64,000 nt of DNA, from assembly GCA_018668595.1 (NCBI GenBank), contig JABJCP010000026.1, positions 323 through 64,322 of the forward strand, given 5' to 3'. Both the position numbers and the translations under genes were made by a program. Below are positions 1 to 9,529 of this stretch, piece by piece. The notes below the pieces were generated by a model. It worked only from the letters and a program-made list of their open reading frames with translations. It was not told the origin of the DNA and searched no databases. How positions within the stretch are numbered: position 1 is the first letter of the stretch; each line of letters opens with the position of its first letter. Origin of the DNA: Candidatus Woesearchaeota archaeon (GTDB lineage: Archaea > Nanobdellota > Nanobdellia > Woesearchaeales > UBA11576).

Positions 1-594
1 AAAGATGGTGAAAGAATAGGTTTTGAAATAGAAACCAATACTGGAGAAAAATCCATACTTGCAAATATAAATTTCAAAACCAACTTTAAAGTTTCAAGAT
101 ATTTTGTAGATATTGAAAATCTAAATTTAATCATCCCTAAAGTTGAAGATTTCAATAGCAATGATTTTCTTTTTCTTGATGAGATTGGACAAATGGAACT
201 ATTTTCTGAAAAATTTAAAGTACTTGTAGAAAAATATCTTAATTCTTCCAATACTTGTATTGCTACTTTATCAAAAATTTATAGTGATAATTTTATGGAG
301 AATATCAAAAAAAGAAAAGATATTTTTCTAATCGAAATAACTGAAGAAAATCGTGATGAAAGAGAAAAATATCTTGAAACTTTATTAAGAAAAATCTCAA
401 AGGCAAAGAGGTATATTTCTGATCCCAAAAGATTTTCAATAAATCAAGATAAAGTGAGTATTACGACAAATCATGGCATTAGAAACTTAACAAAACAAAA
501 AGAAGGGTGGATTTGCAATTGTGAATTCTTCCGAGGCAATAAATTATGTAGCCATGTTATTGCCCTTGAAGAATATCTTAAAATACATAAATAA
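1..594 (+). CDS. THEP1/NTPCR-family NTPase with C-terminal SWIM zinc finger (5' end outside window)
   Basis: Frame +1 is open from base 1 (KDGERIGFEI...FLFLDEIGQMELFSEKF, Walker B plus the family motif DEIGxMEL). C-terminal WICNCEFFRGNKLCSHVIAL fits SWIM CxC...CxH. Confidence 0.8.
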   Translation, partial: KDGERIGFEIETNTGEKSILANINFKTNFKVSRYFVDIENLNLIIPKVEDFNSNDFLFLDEIGQMELFSEKFKVLVEKYLNSSNTCIATLSKIYSDNFMENIKKRKDIFLIEITEENRDEREKYLETLLRKISKAKRYISDPKRFSINQDKVSITTNHGIRNLTKQKEGWICNCEFFRGNKLCSHVIALEEYLKIHK

Positions 595-627
595 AGTACG
601 GCCTCTCAAAATTACGGAGCCTTTGGC

Positions 628-730
628 TTTTTTTCTTGCAGAAAAAACGTATAACAAGGATTTAGATATTCCGCCTTGCAGGCTCCATCCAAATTTTTGC
701 TACGCAAAAACTTCTCTTAATCTTAATATT
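628..730. other. Palindromic attC-like intergenic element (degenerate)
   Basis: Hairpins TTTTTTCT-tgc-AGAAAAAA, GCC-ttgca-GGC and TTTTTGC-tac-GCAAAAA. GTATAAC resembles an R'' box, and AAGGATTTAGA pairs imperfectly with TCTTAATCTT. The right-hand GTT box is not intact. Confidence 0.3.
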
Positions 731-783
731 ACTACAGCATACTACTAAAACTTTAAATACTCCTTCAACATCCATATAACACA

Positions 784-1791
784 ATGAAAGAGGCTCAGTT
801 CTATGATAAAAAAGAGGGAAGAGTTGTTCAGTGCAGACTTTGCCCTAATGAATGCACAATCCCTGAAGGAAAAACAGGAATTTGTAAAGCTAGAAAGAAC
901 GAAGAAGGACTTTTATTTTCTACAGTTTATGGAAAATTAGTTGCAACAAGTTCTGATCCTATTGAAAAAAAACCATTCTATCATTTCTTACCAGGATCTG
1001 AATCATTCTCAATCTCGACTAAAGGATGTAATTTTAAATGTTTATTTTGCCAAAATTGGGATATTTCTCAAAAAGGTGACGATCCTAGTGGTACAAAAAA
1101 AGTAACTCCTCAAGAAGTTGTTGATCTTGCAAAAAAACATAATTGCCAATCTATTGCTTACACTTACGTCGAGCCAACTATTTTTTATGAGTTTATTCTT
1201 GACACTGCAAAGCTTGCAAAAACTGCTGGAATAAAAAATGTAATAATTACAAATGGATACATTAATCCAAAACCTTTAAAAAAACTCTACAAATATATTG
1301 ATGCGGTAAACATAGATCTTAAATTTTTCGACGACAAAACATATCAAAAAGTTACAGGAGGACATTTAGATCCAGTTCTAAATACTATTTACACATTATA
1401 CAAAAGAGGAGTTTGGATTGAAATCACAAATCTAATAATTCCCGGATTAAATGATGATCGTAAAATGATTAAAGAAATGTGCGAGTGGATTAAAAATAAT
1501 ATTAATGATTCAGTCCCACTTCATTTTTCAAGATTCTTTCCAAAATACAAAATGAATCATGTTGAGCCAACTTCACCTAAAAAACTTGAAGAAGCTTATC
1601 ACATTGCAAAAAATGCAGGTTTAAAACATGTTTACATAGGAAACATTCCTAGCGACGAGTACGACACTACTTTTTGTTCAAAATGCAACCAAGTATTAAT
1701 CAGAAGAAATTTATTTAACATTATTTCAAACAATGTAGAAAAAAAGAAATGTAAATTCTGTAATGCTTCTGTAGAAGGAATTTTTGAATAG
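784..1791 (+). CDS. amrS: AmmeMemoRadiSam system radical SAM enzyme
   Basis: N-terminal CRLCPNEC..GKTGICKARKN, then DPIEKKPFYHFLPG, CNFKCLFCQNWDISQ, YTYVEPT and LHFSRFFP. Confidence 0.9.
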   Translation: MKEAQFYDKKEGRVVQCRLCPNECTIPEGKTGICKARKNEEGLLFSTVYGKLVATSSDPIEKKPFYHFLPGSESFSISTKGCNFKCLFCQNWDISQKGDDPSGTKKVTPQEVVDLAKKHNCQSIAYTYVEPTIFYEFILDTAKLAKTAGIKNVIITNGYINPKPLKKLYKYIDAVNIDLKFFDDKTYQKVTGGHLDPVLNTIYTLYKRGVWIEITNLIIPGLNDDRKMIKEMCEWIKNNINDSVPLHFSRFFPKYKMNHVEPTSPKKLEEAYHIAKNAGLKHVYIGNIPSDEYDTTFCSKCNQVLIRRNLFNIISNNVEKKKCKFCNASVEGIFE

Positions 1792-1816
1792 AAATAGATT
1801 ACTATAAAAACCAAGT

Positions 1817-3124
1817 TTATTTTAACGCAGAAGCATCTAAACACAAAAACAACCACAAAGGAACTAATTTAATATTTATACCATCTATTTTTTTTGAATC
1901 ATACAAATCATTTGTTATTAAAAAACAATCAGACTTTCGTTTTTTAGCTAATTCGACTAAACCCTTACTTTCTCTTTCATTCAAATCTCCATAAGAAACA
2001 TTAAACAGTTTAAGTTTTTTATCATAAACTACAAAATCTACTTCATTATTAGAGTCCCAATAATAAACAGTTCTAAAAACTCGTTTTAAATATAAAAAGA
2101 CTAAATTTTCTGCAAGTCTACCTGAGTCCCTACTGAATTTTAAAACAAGATTATTTCGCATTCCTCCATCAATACAATAAGATTTAAGAGGTTTTTGTAA
2201 AGACTCTTTTTTTGAAAATGAAAAAAATTCTATTGTAAATAATAAATAAGCTGAATCGAGATAACCCAAAAATTCTTTCACAGTATCAAAACCACAGCCA
2301 AAATATTTTGCTAATTTATTTATTGAAAATTTATTTGTAAAGTTTGTTAACAAATATAATGCTAATTGCTCAAGAAGAGAAGATTTTTTGATTTTATATC
2401 TTTTGACAAGATCTTTATACAAAATGTCTCTAAAATATCTTTGCAATAATTCTAATCTTAATTCAACACTACTATCTTTAACAACCTCCGGAAAACCTCC
2501 TGATTTCAAATATTCATCCAAATAATAACTAATATTTGTTCTTTTATCATAAAGATCTAAGTAAGCAGATTTTACCGACGAATAAGAACCAACAGAAACA
2601 CATTTATACTCCAAAAACTCTTTGAATGAAAAAGGAAATACTTCAATCAATAAATTTCTCCCTGTCAATAAAGTTGAAAATTCTGAAGATACTAAAGCTG
2701 ATGATGACCCAGAAATAACAAATTTAATATTTTTCTGCGAATCATACATTCTTTTGACCCATTTTTCCCAAAAAGGAACTGATTGAATTTCATCTAAAAA
2801 AACAAAAAGTTTTCCCTCAGGATTCAACATAGAACAATATTCATTTAAAATTTTATCAAGTAGTTTTTCATCCAATATACCCACAAAACGTTCATCATCA
2901 AAATTAATATACAAAATGTTTCGATTATTCACTGTTTCAAGCAAACTTTGTATTGTTTGAAGCATTAAAGTTGATTTGCCTGATCGTCTAACTCCTGAGA
3001 AACAAAGAACCTCTTTTCTCTGAATAAATAAATTTATTTTATTAAAATATTCTGACCTATTTATTGATTCTAATAAGTATTCACCTTTCCACCAAGGATT
3101 CCAAAACAACAATATTTCTTCCAT
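1817..3124 (-). CDS. AAA+ superfamily ATPase (AAA_14 plus DUF4143-type C-terminus)
   Basis: N-terminal NPWW, Walker A GVRRSGKST, Walker B FLDEIQ, ISGSS, GGFPE, and C-terminal ENLVF...EVDFV. Confidence 0.88.
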   Translation of the reverse strand: MEEILLFWNPWWKGEYLLESINRSEYFNKINLFIQRKEVLCFSGVRRSGKSTLMLQTIQSLLETVNNRNILYINFDDERFVGILDEKLLDKILNEYCSMLNPEGKLFVFLDEIQSVPFWEKWVKRMYDSQKNIKFVISGSSSALVSSEFSTLLTGRNLLIEVFPFSFKEFLEYKCVSVGSYSSVKSAYLDLYDKRTNISYYLDEYLKSGGFPEVVKDSSVELRLELLQRYFRDILYKDLVKRYKIKKSSLLEQLALYLLTNFTNKFSINKLAKYFGCGFDTVKEFLGYLDSAYLLFTIEFFSFSKKESLQKPLKSYCIDGGMRNNLVLKFSRDSGRLAENLVFLYLKRVFRTVYYWDSNNEVDFVVYDKKLKLFNVSYGDLNERESKGLVELAKKRKSDCFLITNDLYDSKKIDGINIKLVPLWLFLCLDASALK

Positions 3125-3246
3125 AACTACATAAAAAGTAACGCTTATTTATAAATCTTCCCAATATACTGGGAATTATATGAAATTATCTCCCTGCATA
3201 CTGGGAAGAAAGAAGATAAATAATAAATATGAATAAATTTAAAAAA

Positions 3247-3615
3247 TTAAACGCGTTGTTCTGCAGGCCACCATTGAGCAAATCTAGTTTCGTATTCTTC
3301 AAATTTCTTATCTCTATAAATTTTATCTCTACTCATTCTAAGAACAGACTCTGCCGCTTCATGACAACCAAAACCTGTTACTTTAGATGCAATACTTAAA
3401 CATTTTAAAGTCGCATATCCAAATAAACCTAATTTTAAATCATCCGCCGTTCCATTAGCATTATTTGTCCTGGTTCCAATAAATTGCATTTCTCCTTCAA
3501 AAACAGGCGACTCCCCGTTAATACTACAAGTTTGTTCTATCTTTGATTCTAATAAATCAACATCGCCATCAAAGGATCTGTATTTTGGTTGTTCTTGTTG
3601 AATTTCTTCTGACAT
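3247..3615 (-). CDS. Hypothetical protein
   Basis: ORF. GAGGT RBS precedes ATG at 3615 (MSEEIQQEQ), so the start is moved from the track's 3681. Confidence 0.6.
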   Translation of the reverse strand: MSEEIQQEQPKYRSFDGDVDLLESKIEQTCSINGESPVFEGEMQFIGTRTNNANGTADDLKLGLFGYATLKCLSIASKVTGFGCHEAAESVLRMSRDKIYRDKKFEEYETRFAQWWPAEQRV

Positions 3616-3798
3616 TTTTTTACCTCTTTGAATTTTAATTAAACTAACTAAATAATCAGTATTTACTAATAAATAAATCAAACCCCTTTATAAACCTTTC
3701 GCTTTTTAATCACTCTAAAGTGGTAAAATAGTATTATTCATACACTATCCTAAAGCTTTTTAAAAGCTCAAATTAAACTAAATATTATCAAAAAACAG

Positions 3799-3849
3799 CT
3801 GAGATGCCCTATAAAGGGTTGTTAGACCACTAACTTCAGTCTCGGGAGG
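3799..3849 (+). promoter_or_regulatory. Putative structured 5' leader of rps6e
   Basis: CTGAGA(3799-3804) pairs with TCTCGG(3840-3845) and encloses hairpins CCCT-ataa-AGGG and GTTAG-acca-CTAAC. The closing stem abuts the GGAGG Shine-Dalgarno. Confidence 0.3.
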
Positions 3850-3857
3850 AAAATAAA

Positions 3858-4313
3858 ATGGTAGAATTTAAATTAGTACTTTCTGACCCTAAAACAGGGA
3901 AATCTTATCAAAAAGAAGCTAAAGATGACGCTGCAAAGCTATTCATTGGCAAAAAGATAGGCGACAAGATAAAAGGAGAAGTCATTGACCTTACAGGTTA
4001 TGAATTCGAAATCAAAGGCGGTTCTGATGCTAGCGGATTCCCTATGAGATGGGATGTTGATGGAACTGGAAGAAAAAAAATCACCTCTGTTAAAAGCGTA
4101 GGAATATCAAACAAGAAAAAACTTCCTAATAAAAATAAAAAAGGACAAAGAAAAATTTTAGGACTTAGACGAAAAAAAGCAGTTGCTGGTAATACAATCC
4201 ATGAAAAAACTGCTCAAATAAATCTTAAAATAATTACTCAAGGAAAAACACCGCTTGATAAACCTGCAGAACCTGAAGCTCCAGCTGATAAACCTGCCGA
4301 AAAAGCAAAATAA
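3858..4313 (+). CDS. rps6e: 30S ribosomal protein S6e
   Basis: FKLVLSDPKTGKSYQKE, IGKKIGD, GYEFEIKGGSDASGFPMR and GNTI..KTAQINLKI. Confidence 0.96.
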   Translation: MVEFKLVLSDPKTGKSYQKEAKDDAAKLFIGKKIGDKIKGEVIDLTGYEFEIKGGSDASGFPMRWDVDGTGRKKITSVKSVGISNKKKLPNKNKKGQRKILGLRRKKAVAGNTIHEKTAQINLKIITQGKTPLDKPAEPEAPADKPAEKAK

Positions 4314-4491
4314 ACTCCTAAAGCAGAGTAAAACTATAAACTTAATAATTAAATTTTTTATTTTTTCTTAATATTTTTTCTATTCAAAATTATAAATCAC
4401 ATACAAAACAAAAAAGTTTATATTACATTTCAACTTAACGCATTTAATTCTTAAAATAGCTTAATAATAAAAATAAACGAGGTGGTAAATT

Positions 4492-4851
4492 ATGGCTAAA
4501 AGAAAAAAAACAAATACTATCCAGAAAGTTGGAAGTTGGGCTTTTATTATTGGAGTTCTCATTGCAATTATTGCAGGATTCTTTCCATTAAGCCCAGTAC
4601 TAACATCAATTTTAATTGTTCTTGGATTGATTGTTGGATTCTTAAACATTACTGGAACAGAAACTAACCAGTTTTTATTTGCAGCACTAGTATTAGTTGT
4701 CGTTGCAGGTGTTGGAGGAGGATTACTTTCTCAAATACAAACAATTGGTGAAGTTCTCAAAACAATCTTTGCTGGAATGATGACATTTGTCGTTCCTGCT
4801 ACAATCGTTGTTGCACTAAAAGCAGTTTATGTTTTAGCAAAGGACGAATAA
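4492..4851 (+). CDS. Small multi-pass membrane protein, function unknown
   Basis: Four hydrophobic segments; GAGGTGG RBS upstream. Confidence 0.8.
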   Translation: MAKRKKTNTIQKVGSWAFIIGVLIAIIAGFFPLSPVLTSILIVLGLIVGFLNITGTETNQFLFAALVLVVVAGVGGGLLSQIQTIGEVLKTIFAGMMTFVVPATIVVALKAVYVLAKDE

Positions 4852-4929
4852 GAACAAAAATAAAACCAAATAAATTTTTTCTTTTTTATTTATTTTTTTA
4901 AATATTCTATGAACATATCGATTTTCTAA

Positions 4930-5199
4930 TTAACCCATAGGACTTATAGTTGAAAAAATAATTATTAGAATTAAAATTATTGCAAAAAGCAACAATAAAA
5001 AAGAATGCCAATGACTATAAAATAATTGTTTGAAATCCATTTCAATTTTTTCGCCTGCAACAGTATTAATATTACTCTCTTGTATCTTTTTTTCAGACTT
5101 TGGTTTAACAAATTTATTTACTGTTTTCTTTTTTTTACTAGTTGTTTTACTTACAACTTTTTTCTTTTTAGATCCTGTTTTCTTAACCATAACAACCAT
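4930..5199 (-). CDS. Small Lys-rich protein with C-terminal transmembrane helix
   Basis: Basic N-terminus followed by a single hydrophobic C-terminal stretch. Confidence 0.5.
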   Translation of the reverse strand: MVVMVKKTGSKKKKVVSKTTSKKKKTVNKFVKPKSEKKIQESNINTVAGEKIEMDFKQLFYSHWHSFLLLLFAIILILIIIFSTISPMG

Positions 5200-5265
5200 A
5201 AAGTCATAATTGATATTTAAATCTTACTTAATATGAACGAAAAAAAGAAATTTAAAAAAAAACAT

Positions 5266-6357
5266 TTATTTTGAAAATCCAAACCGTCTCAACCAACTTT
5301 GCGCAGTTCCAGGTTCATCAGGCCCAAATTCAGTCGAAACACTCCCACTATAACCTGATCTTTGTTTAGATTCAGGTAACAAATAGGGTGCAGGTCTTCG
5401 AGCATAACTATTCCTAAAACTTTCAAATACATTAACTGCAGTTCCAAGCAAATCTCCTTTCAAACAAAGCTCGTCGCAAAGCATCATTTTTCTATAACCA
5501 ATATCATATAGCCACGCAAGTTCGGATAAATCTGCACAGCTAGGTACTGGTTTGTCCATTACAGATAATAACATTCTAGATCCAACTCCTGCGTCAGGAT
5601 CTTTATTAATAATTAACTTCATTGCATTTAATATGTCGTGTGGTTTGTCTACTTCTACATACATGTCTCCTCGTGCAGCCATTAAATTTAAATTATCACT
5701 TCGCCTAAATTCATTTTGCACATATCTTAATCCTGCTTTCGATTCAATTTTTGCATAAATGTGTGAGTCTCCTACCAACTCTCTAAACTCATCAATATCT
5801 CTTTGCGATTCAACAAATGATAAAAAATATTTATCAAATCCTGCTTTCATTGATTTTTCTATTTTTTCAATTTCATAGTCTAAAAAAATAGGGCCTGTCA
5901 CATTTAGACTAGGATCTCTAATATGTAACGACTCTCCTTCGTAAACCATAAACTCAGGTCCACCATCAAAAATTAAATGTTTTCCATCTACGACACGATC
6001 AAGAACTGCATAATCTTCTCCTGCTTTGAACAAAACTTCCACTGGTGTTTTGACTTCAATTGGATGGTTTAGTGTTAATTCTAAATTAGACTTATCTGCA
6101 TTAACTTCTCTTATTCGCAATTGTCTTCCTTTAAGATCAAAGTACATTGGAACTGCACCCTGAAGTTTTTTTGCTAAAGTCAATTCATTATCTAGTCTAT
6201 CTCCACCAACCATTGCACTGTTCAAACGAATTGCACTTAGTCTTTTATCTAAAGCAAATTGTTCAAAGTGAGGAAAAGTTGGCCACAATGTAACCGACAA
6301 TTCTAAATCTTTGAATCTTTGTTTATTTTTTCGCGCGTTCATTTTTTCCACCACCAT
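5266..6357 (-). CDS. Pyruvate-kinase-like TIM-barrel protein (divergent, no C-terminal regulatory domain)
   Basis: PK-type motifs AIRLNSA, FDLKGRQLRI, YFLSFVE, AKIESK and AARGDM. The canonical ATQMLESM is replaced by GSRMLLSV. Confidence 0.75.
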   Translation of the reverse strand: MVVEKMNARKNKQRFKDLELSVTLWPTFPHFEQFALDKRLSAIRLNSAMVGGDRLDNELTLAKKLQGAVPMYFDLKGRQLRIREVNADKSNLELTLNHPIEVKTPVEVLFKAGEDYAVLDRVVDGKHLIFDGGPEFMVYEGESLHIRDPSLNVTGPIFLDYEIEKIEKSMKAGFDKYFLSFVESQRDIDEFRELVGDSHIYAKIESKAGLRYVQNEFRRSDNLNLMAARGDMYVEVDKPHDILNAMKLIINKDPDAGVGSRMLLSVMDKPVPSCADLSELAWLYDIGYRKMMLCDELCLKGDLLGTAVNVFESFRNSYARRPAPYLLPESKQRSGYSGSVSTEFGPDEPGTAQSWLRRFGFSK

Positions 6358-6360
6358 AGT

Positions 6361-7335
6361 TTAGATTAATGATTTTGCACCTTTTGCTTTTTTCATTCTC
6401 CTCATAATTGATTCTCCTTCTTCTGAATGTCTAATGGAATCTCCCTGACCTTTGTGAATTGTGTAAAGAGATTTCATTACTGTTTCTACTTGTTGTGGTG
6501 TTTGTCTTCCTACTAATTCTTCATGGAAGTAATCAATTCTGTTTGTTTCTTGTGCTAAAATTCCAAAAATTGTGTCGACAACTCGTCCAGCTTCGGGCAG
6601 GATTGAAATTCTTTCTTCGCCTAAAATATTTGACCACTGTTGATATATTTGTCGATCTTTTGCACCTATATTATCACTCCACCCATTTTGATATGGTTTT
6701 CTAATTAAATAAACTGAAAATTTACTCATTAATTCTTCAATTACAGTTTTAGAATTTTTTCTTCCATCTACTTTTGTATATGCCCAATCTTTTGCATGAG
6801 CTTTGTTTACAAAATCATACAATCCTTCGTCGCCGATGTAAATAAAAACAGGATTTATTGCATTTGGCATTTCACAATTGTTTGCAAAGTAAAGTGCAGG
6901 TAGTTCATAACTTTCTTTCATTTGTCCTCCACCATTCCCTTCAATAATTAATTGTTGTAATCTTTTTTTAAGATCTGTTCCGGAGGTAAATGGTCTTACT
7001 TGCAGAGGATATTTATCAGTATAAGCATCACCTACTGCTGCAAAACAAATTTCCATATCTTCGCCTAAGTATTCTTTTCCTTCTAGTTCAAGATAAGGTA
7101 GTTTAGAAAACATTGTCGCTGGCCAATCACCCATGGATCCAGTTACATCACACGCAATTACCAATGGCGATGTGCTTTGAGTAATTACTTTTTTTTCTAA
7201 GAAAGAAGATTTATCTCTGTCTGAACTTACTGCTTGAGAATAACTTCTTCCTACATGCCGATCGTAAGTCTGACGAGCAGATTTAAAACTATGGCCACTC
7301 CAAGGTCCTGGGTTGTAATCTCCTGATTCTGACAT
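6361..7335 (-). CDS. vWA-domain protein
   Basis: MIDAS-like IACDVTGSM, FAAVGD, EGNGGG..ESYEL and FIYIGDE; GGAGG RBS. Confidence 0.75.
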   Translation of the reverse strand: MSESGDYNPGPWSGHSFKSARQTYDRHVGRSYSQAVSSDRDKSSFLEKKVITQSTSPLVIACDVTGSMGDWPATMFSKLPYLELEGKEYLGEDMEICFAAVGDAYTDKYPLQVRPFTSGTDLKKRLQQLIIEGNGGGQMKESYELPALYFANNCEMPNAINPVFIYIGDEGLYDFVNKAHAKDWAYTKVDGRKNSKTVIEELMSKFSVYLIRKPYQNGWSDNIGAKDRQIYQQWSNILGEERISILPEAGRVVDTIFGILAQETNRIDYFHEELVGRQTPQQVETVMKSLYTIHKGQGDSIRHSEEGESIMRRMKKAKGAKSLI

Positions 7336-7426
7336 TTTTATTCCTCCGTGGTTTAACTTATTTTTTGTTTTTTATTTTTAATTTACAATTTTTAATTTTT
7401 TTATTTGTTATATTAATTTTTTTTAC

Positions 7427-8515
7427 TCAAAATCCATCTATTGATTTAAGTTCAGAATATATTCGCCCAAATGAATCTTGTCTCACTTGTTTTATTGTTT
7501 CACACAAATCTTCTTTTTCCCAATTAGGTCTTGAAAGAACATCATAAACTAGTAGTCGTCGTATAAATTTACAAATTGGATCTGGAACACAGTCTGGAAC
7601 TCGTTTAGATTTTACATCTCCGCCTAGCGCATAGATCATAGTCATTCCAAGTGAATAAAAATCTGATTCTGGAAGTAAGGGTTGAGATCTTTTTTGTTCA
7701 GGCGGTGCAAAAAAAGGAGTGTATCCTTTATTCTTAGAACTATTTTGAGGATTTATCATGGATAGTCCATAATCGACGAGAACCACTGTGTGCTTTTCTG
7801 GTTGAACAATAACATTTTGTGGTTTTACATCTCCGTGTACAACTCCATGAAAATGCAAGTACTTCAATATATTTAAAGTTCGTTCTGCTATCCATGCTAC
7901 ATGTTCTGGATCTAGTTTTTTTGTTTTTTTAACGATTTGTTCTAATGTTGGTCCAGGAATATAACTCATAATTAATGCAGGACTTCCATCTTCAAGTTTC
8001 ATAACATCTTTTACTGCAGGTATTCCAAAATGTCTCAAATCCCACATTGCTTTTGCTTCTTCAAATAGAATTTCTGTATCTTGAGGAGAAACAAAATGTC
8101 CATGTTTTATACAAATAGGCGTGTTCAAATGTATGTGTTCTCCTTTGTATGTTTTTCCAAATCCTCCTTCTGCAATCAATTCTGTTACTTTATATTCTCC
8201 GACTATTTTTCCAAGCAAAGTATTTCTGTTTTGATCATATTCTGCTCTTTTATCGTCGTCTAATAAAACTGATTTTGCTGTATTTAAAATTTCAATAATT
8301 CTTTCTTCATTTACTTCTTCATCAACAGAATTAGAATATTCACTCAGTAAAGTATTATACGCTGCTTCAATTACTTCAGATCTTGCTCTCGGACTAACTT
8401 CTAAAATATCGTATAGATTAATTTTCGCAATATCTAAATCAGATTTGATAGCTGATTTAGTCTTTATTTTATTTTCTACTTTTTTCATTTTTGATTTAGT
8501 TTCTTTTTTTTTCAT
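7427..8515 (-). CDS. J-domain-like (HPD-less) / Ser-Thr protein kinase fusion
   Basis: NLYDILEV...IEAAY...AKSVLLDDDKRAEYD is J-like but lacks HPD. Kinase motifs AEGGFGKTY, CIK, HGDVKPQN, DYG, APPE and DFYSLG. Start placed at ATG 8515 (alternative 8488) because the upstream extension is A-rich low complexity. Confidence 0.85.
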   Translation of the reverse strand: MKKKETKSKMKKVENKIKTKSAIKSDLDIAKINLYDILEVSPRARSEVIEAAYNTLLSEYSNSVDEEVNEERIIEILNTAKSVLLDDDKRAEYDQNRNTLLGKIVGEYKVTELIAEGGFGKTYKGEHIHLNTPICIKHGHFVSPQDTEILFEEAKAMWDLRHFGIPAVKDVMKLEDGSPALIMSYIPGPTLEQIVKKTKKLDPEHVAWIAERTLNILKYLHFHGVVHGDVKPQNVIVQPEKHTVVLVDYGLSMINPQNSSKNKGYTPFFAPPEQKRSQPLLPESDFYSLGMTMIYALGGDVKSKRVPDCVPDPICKFIRRLLVYDVLSRPNWEKEDLCETIKQVRQDSFGRIYSELKSIDGF

Positions 8516-8875
8516 TTTTTGTTTTAATTGTTTTTTTATTTGTTTTTTTATTTGTGTACTGTATTTTTTTGTAGCTAAAGCTAATTTTTCCAGATTATCT
8601 AAAAACAATAGTCCCAACAATAGTTCACTAACAATATCGTACTAACAACAGTTTAGTAATTAATTTATCAATTCATAAAGTTTTTTAAAAAAGGTTAAAG
8701 TCGTCGAAAAAACATTTCAGCAGCAAAAAAACTATTTATCCATTATATTTACTATTAGACACGTTAGGAATATATTTGTGATGTATATTTTTAATATACT
8801 ACACGTTTTGTATATTCAATAGCACCCATTAACCCAAAAACTATTTAAACAAAACCAGTTTCCAAAATAAATAAT

Positions 8876-9529
8876 ATGAAAACAGTATTTATTAGTGCAA
8901 AATCAAGTATTGAAAAAATAGAGTTTGATATTAGTAAAATTAAGGATATCAAAAAAATAGGCATCTTAACTACTGTTCAATTTCTCCACGAAATTGGCAA
9001 AATAAAAAATTACTTGACAGAACAAGGGTTTGATCCTATTGAAGGTGGTCAAGTTCTTGGTTGTGAATTTGAAAACGCAAATAAAATAAAAGATCTTGTT
9101 GATGGATTTTTATATATTGGTTCTGGTAATTTTCACCCTATTGGAATCACACTACAGACAACAAAACCTGTTTTTATTTGGCATCCTGGTTCTGATAAAT
9201 TAACAGAAATTGATAAATCTAAAATAGATCAAATTCAAAAAAAGAAAAAAGGAATGTATACTAAGTTTCTCTCGTCAAAAGTAATTGGTGTTTTGGTTTC
9301 AACCAAACCTGGACAATATAATGTTCAAGCAAAACTTGATAAACTAAATAAATTGAAAACAGAATTCCCAAAAAAAGAATTTTATTTTTTCTTGACAAAC
9401 ACGTTTGATTTTAAAGAATTAGATAATTTTAATTTTATAGAATCCTGGATTAATGCTATGTGTCCGAGGATCGCAGAGGATATTAATGTTTTAAATTATT
9501 CTGATCTTGAAACGTTTAATAGCAACTAG
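8876..9529 (+). CDS. dph2: Diphthamide synthesis Dph2-family protein, N-terminally shortened
   Basis: ILTTVQF, GGQVLGC, IGSGNFHP, VLVSTKPGQ and AMCPRIAED. Only 217 aa. Confidence 0.82.
   Translation: MKTVFISAKSSIEKIEFDISKIKDIKKIGILTTVQFLHEIGKIKNYLTEQGFDPIEGGQVLGCEFENANKIKDLVDGFLYIGSGNFHPIGITLQTTKPVFIWHPGSDKLTEIDKSKIDQIQKKKKGMYTKFLSSKVIGVLVSTKPGQYNVQAKLDKLNKLKTEFPKKEFYFFLTNTFDFKELDNFNFIESWINAMCPRIAEDINVLNYSDLETFNSN

Noticed and set aside
521-748. 75-aa ORF overlapping the NTPase 3' end
   Set aside because: It overlaps a real gene and runs through the palindromic element; no protein-like features.
3799-3849. Hammerhead ribozyme
   Set aside because: The three-stem layout is suggestive, but the catalytic core CUGANGA...GAAA is absent.
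8516-8620. N-terminal extension of the J-kinase ORF in the track
   Set aside because: TTG start and Lys-rich translation of an A-rich spacer; downstream ATGs are more plausible.
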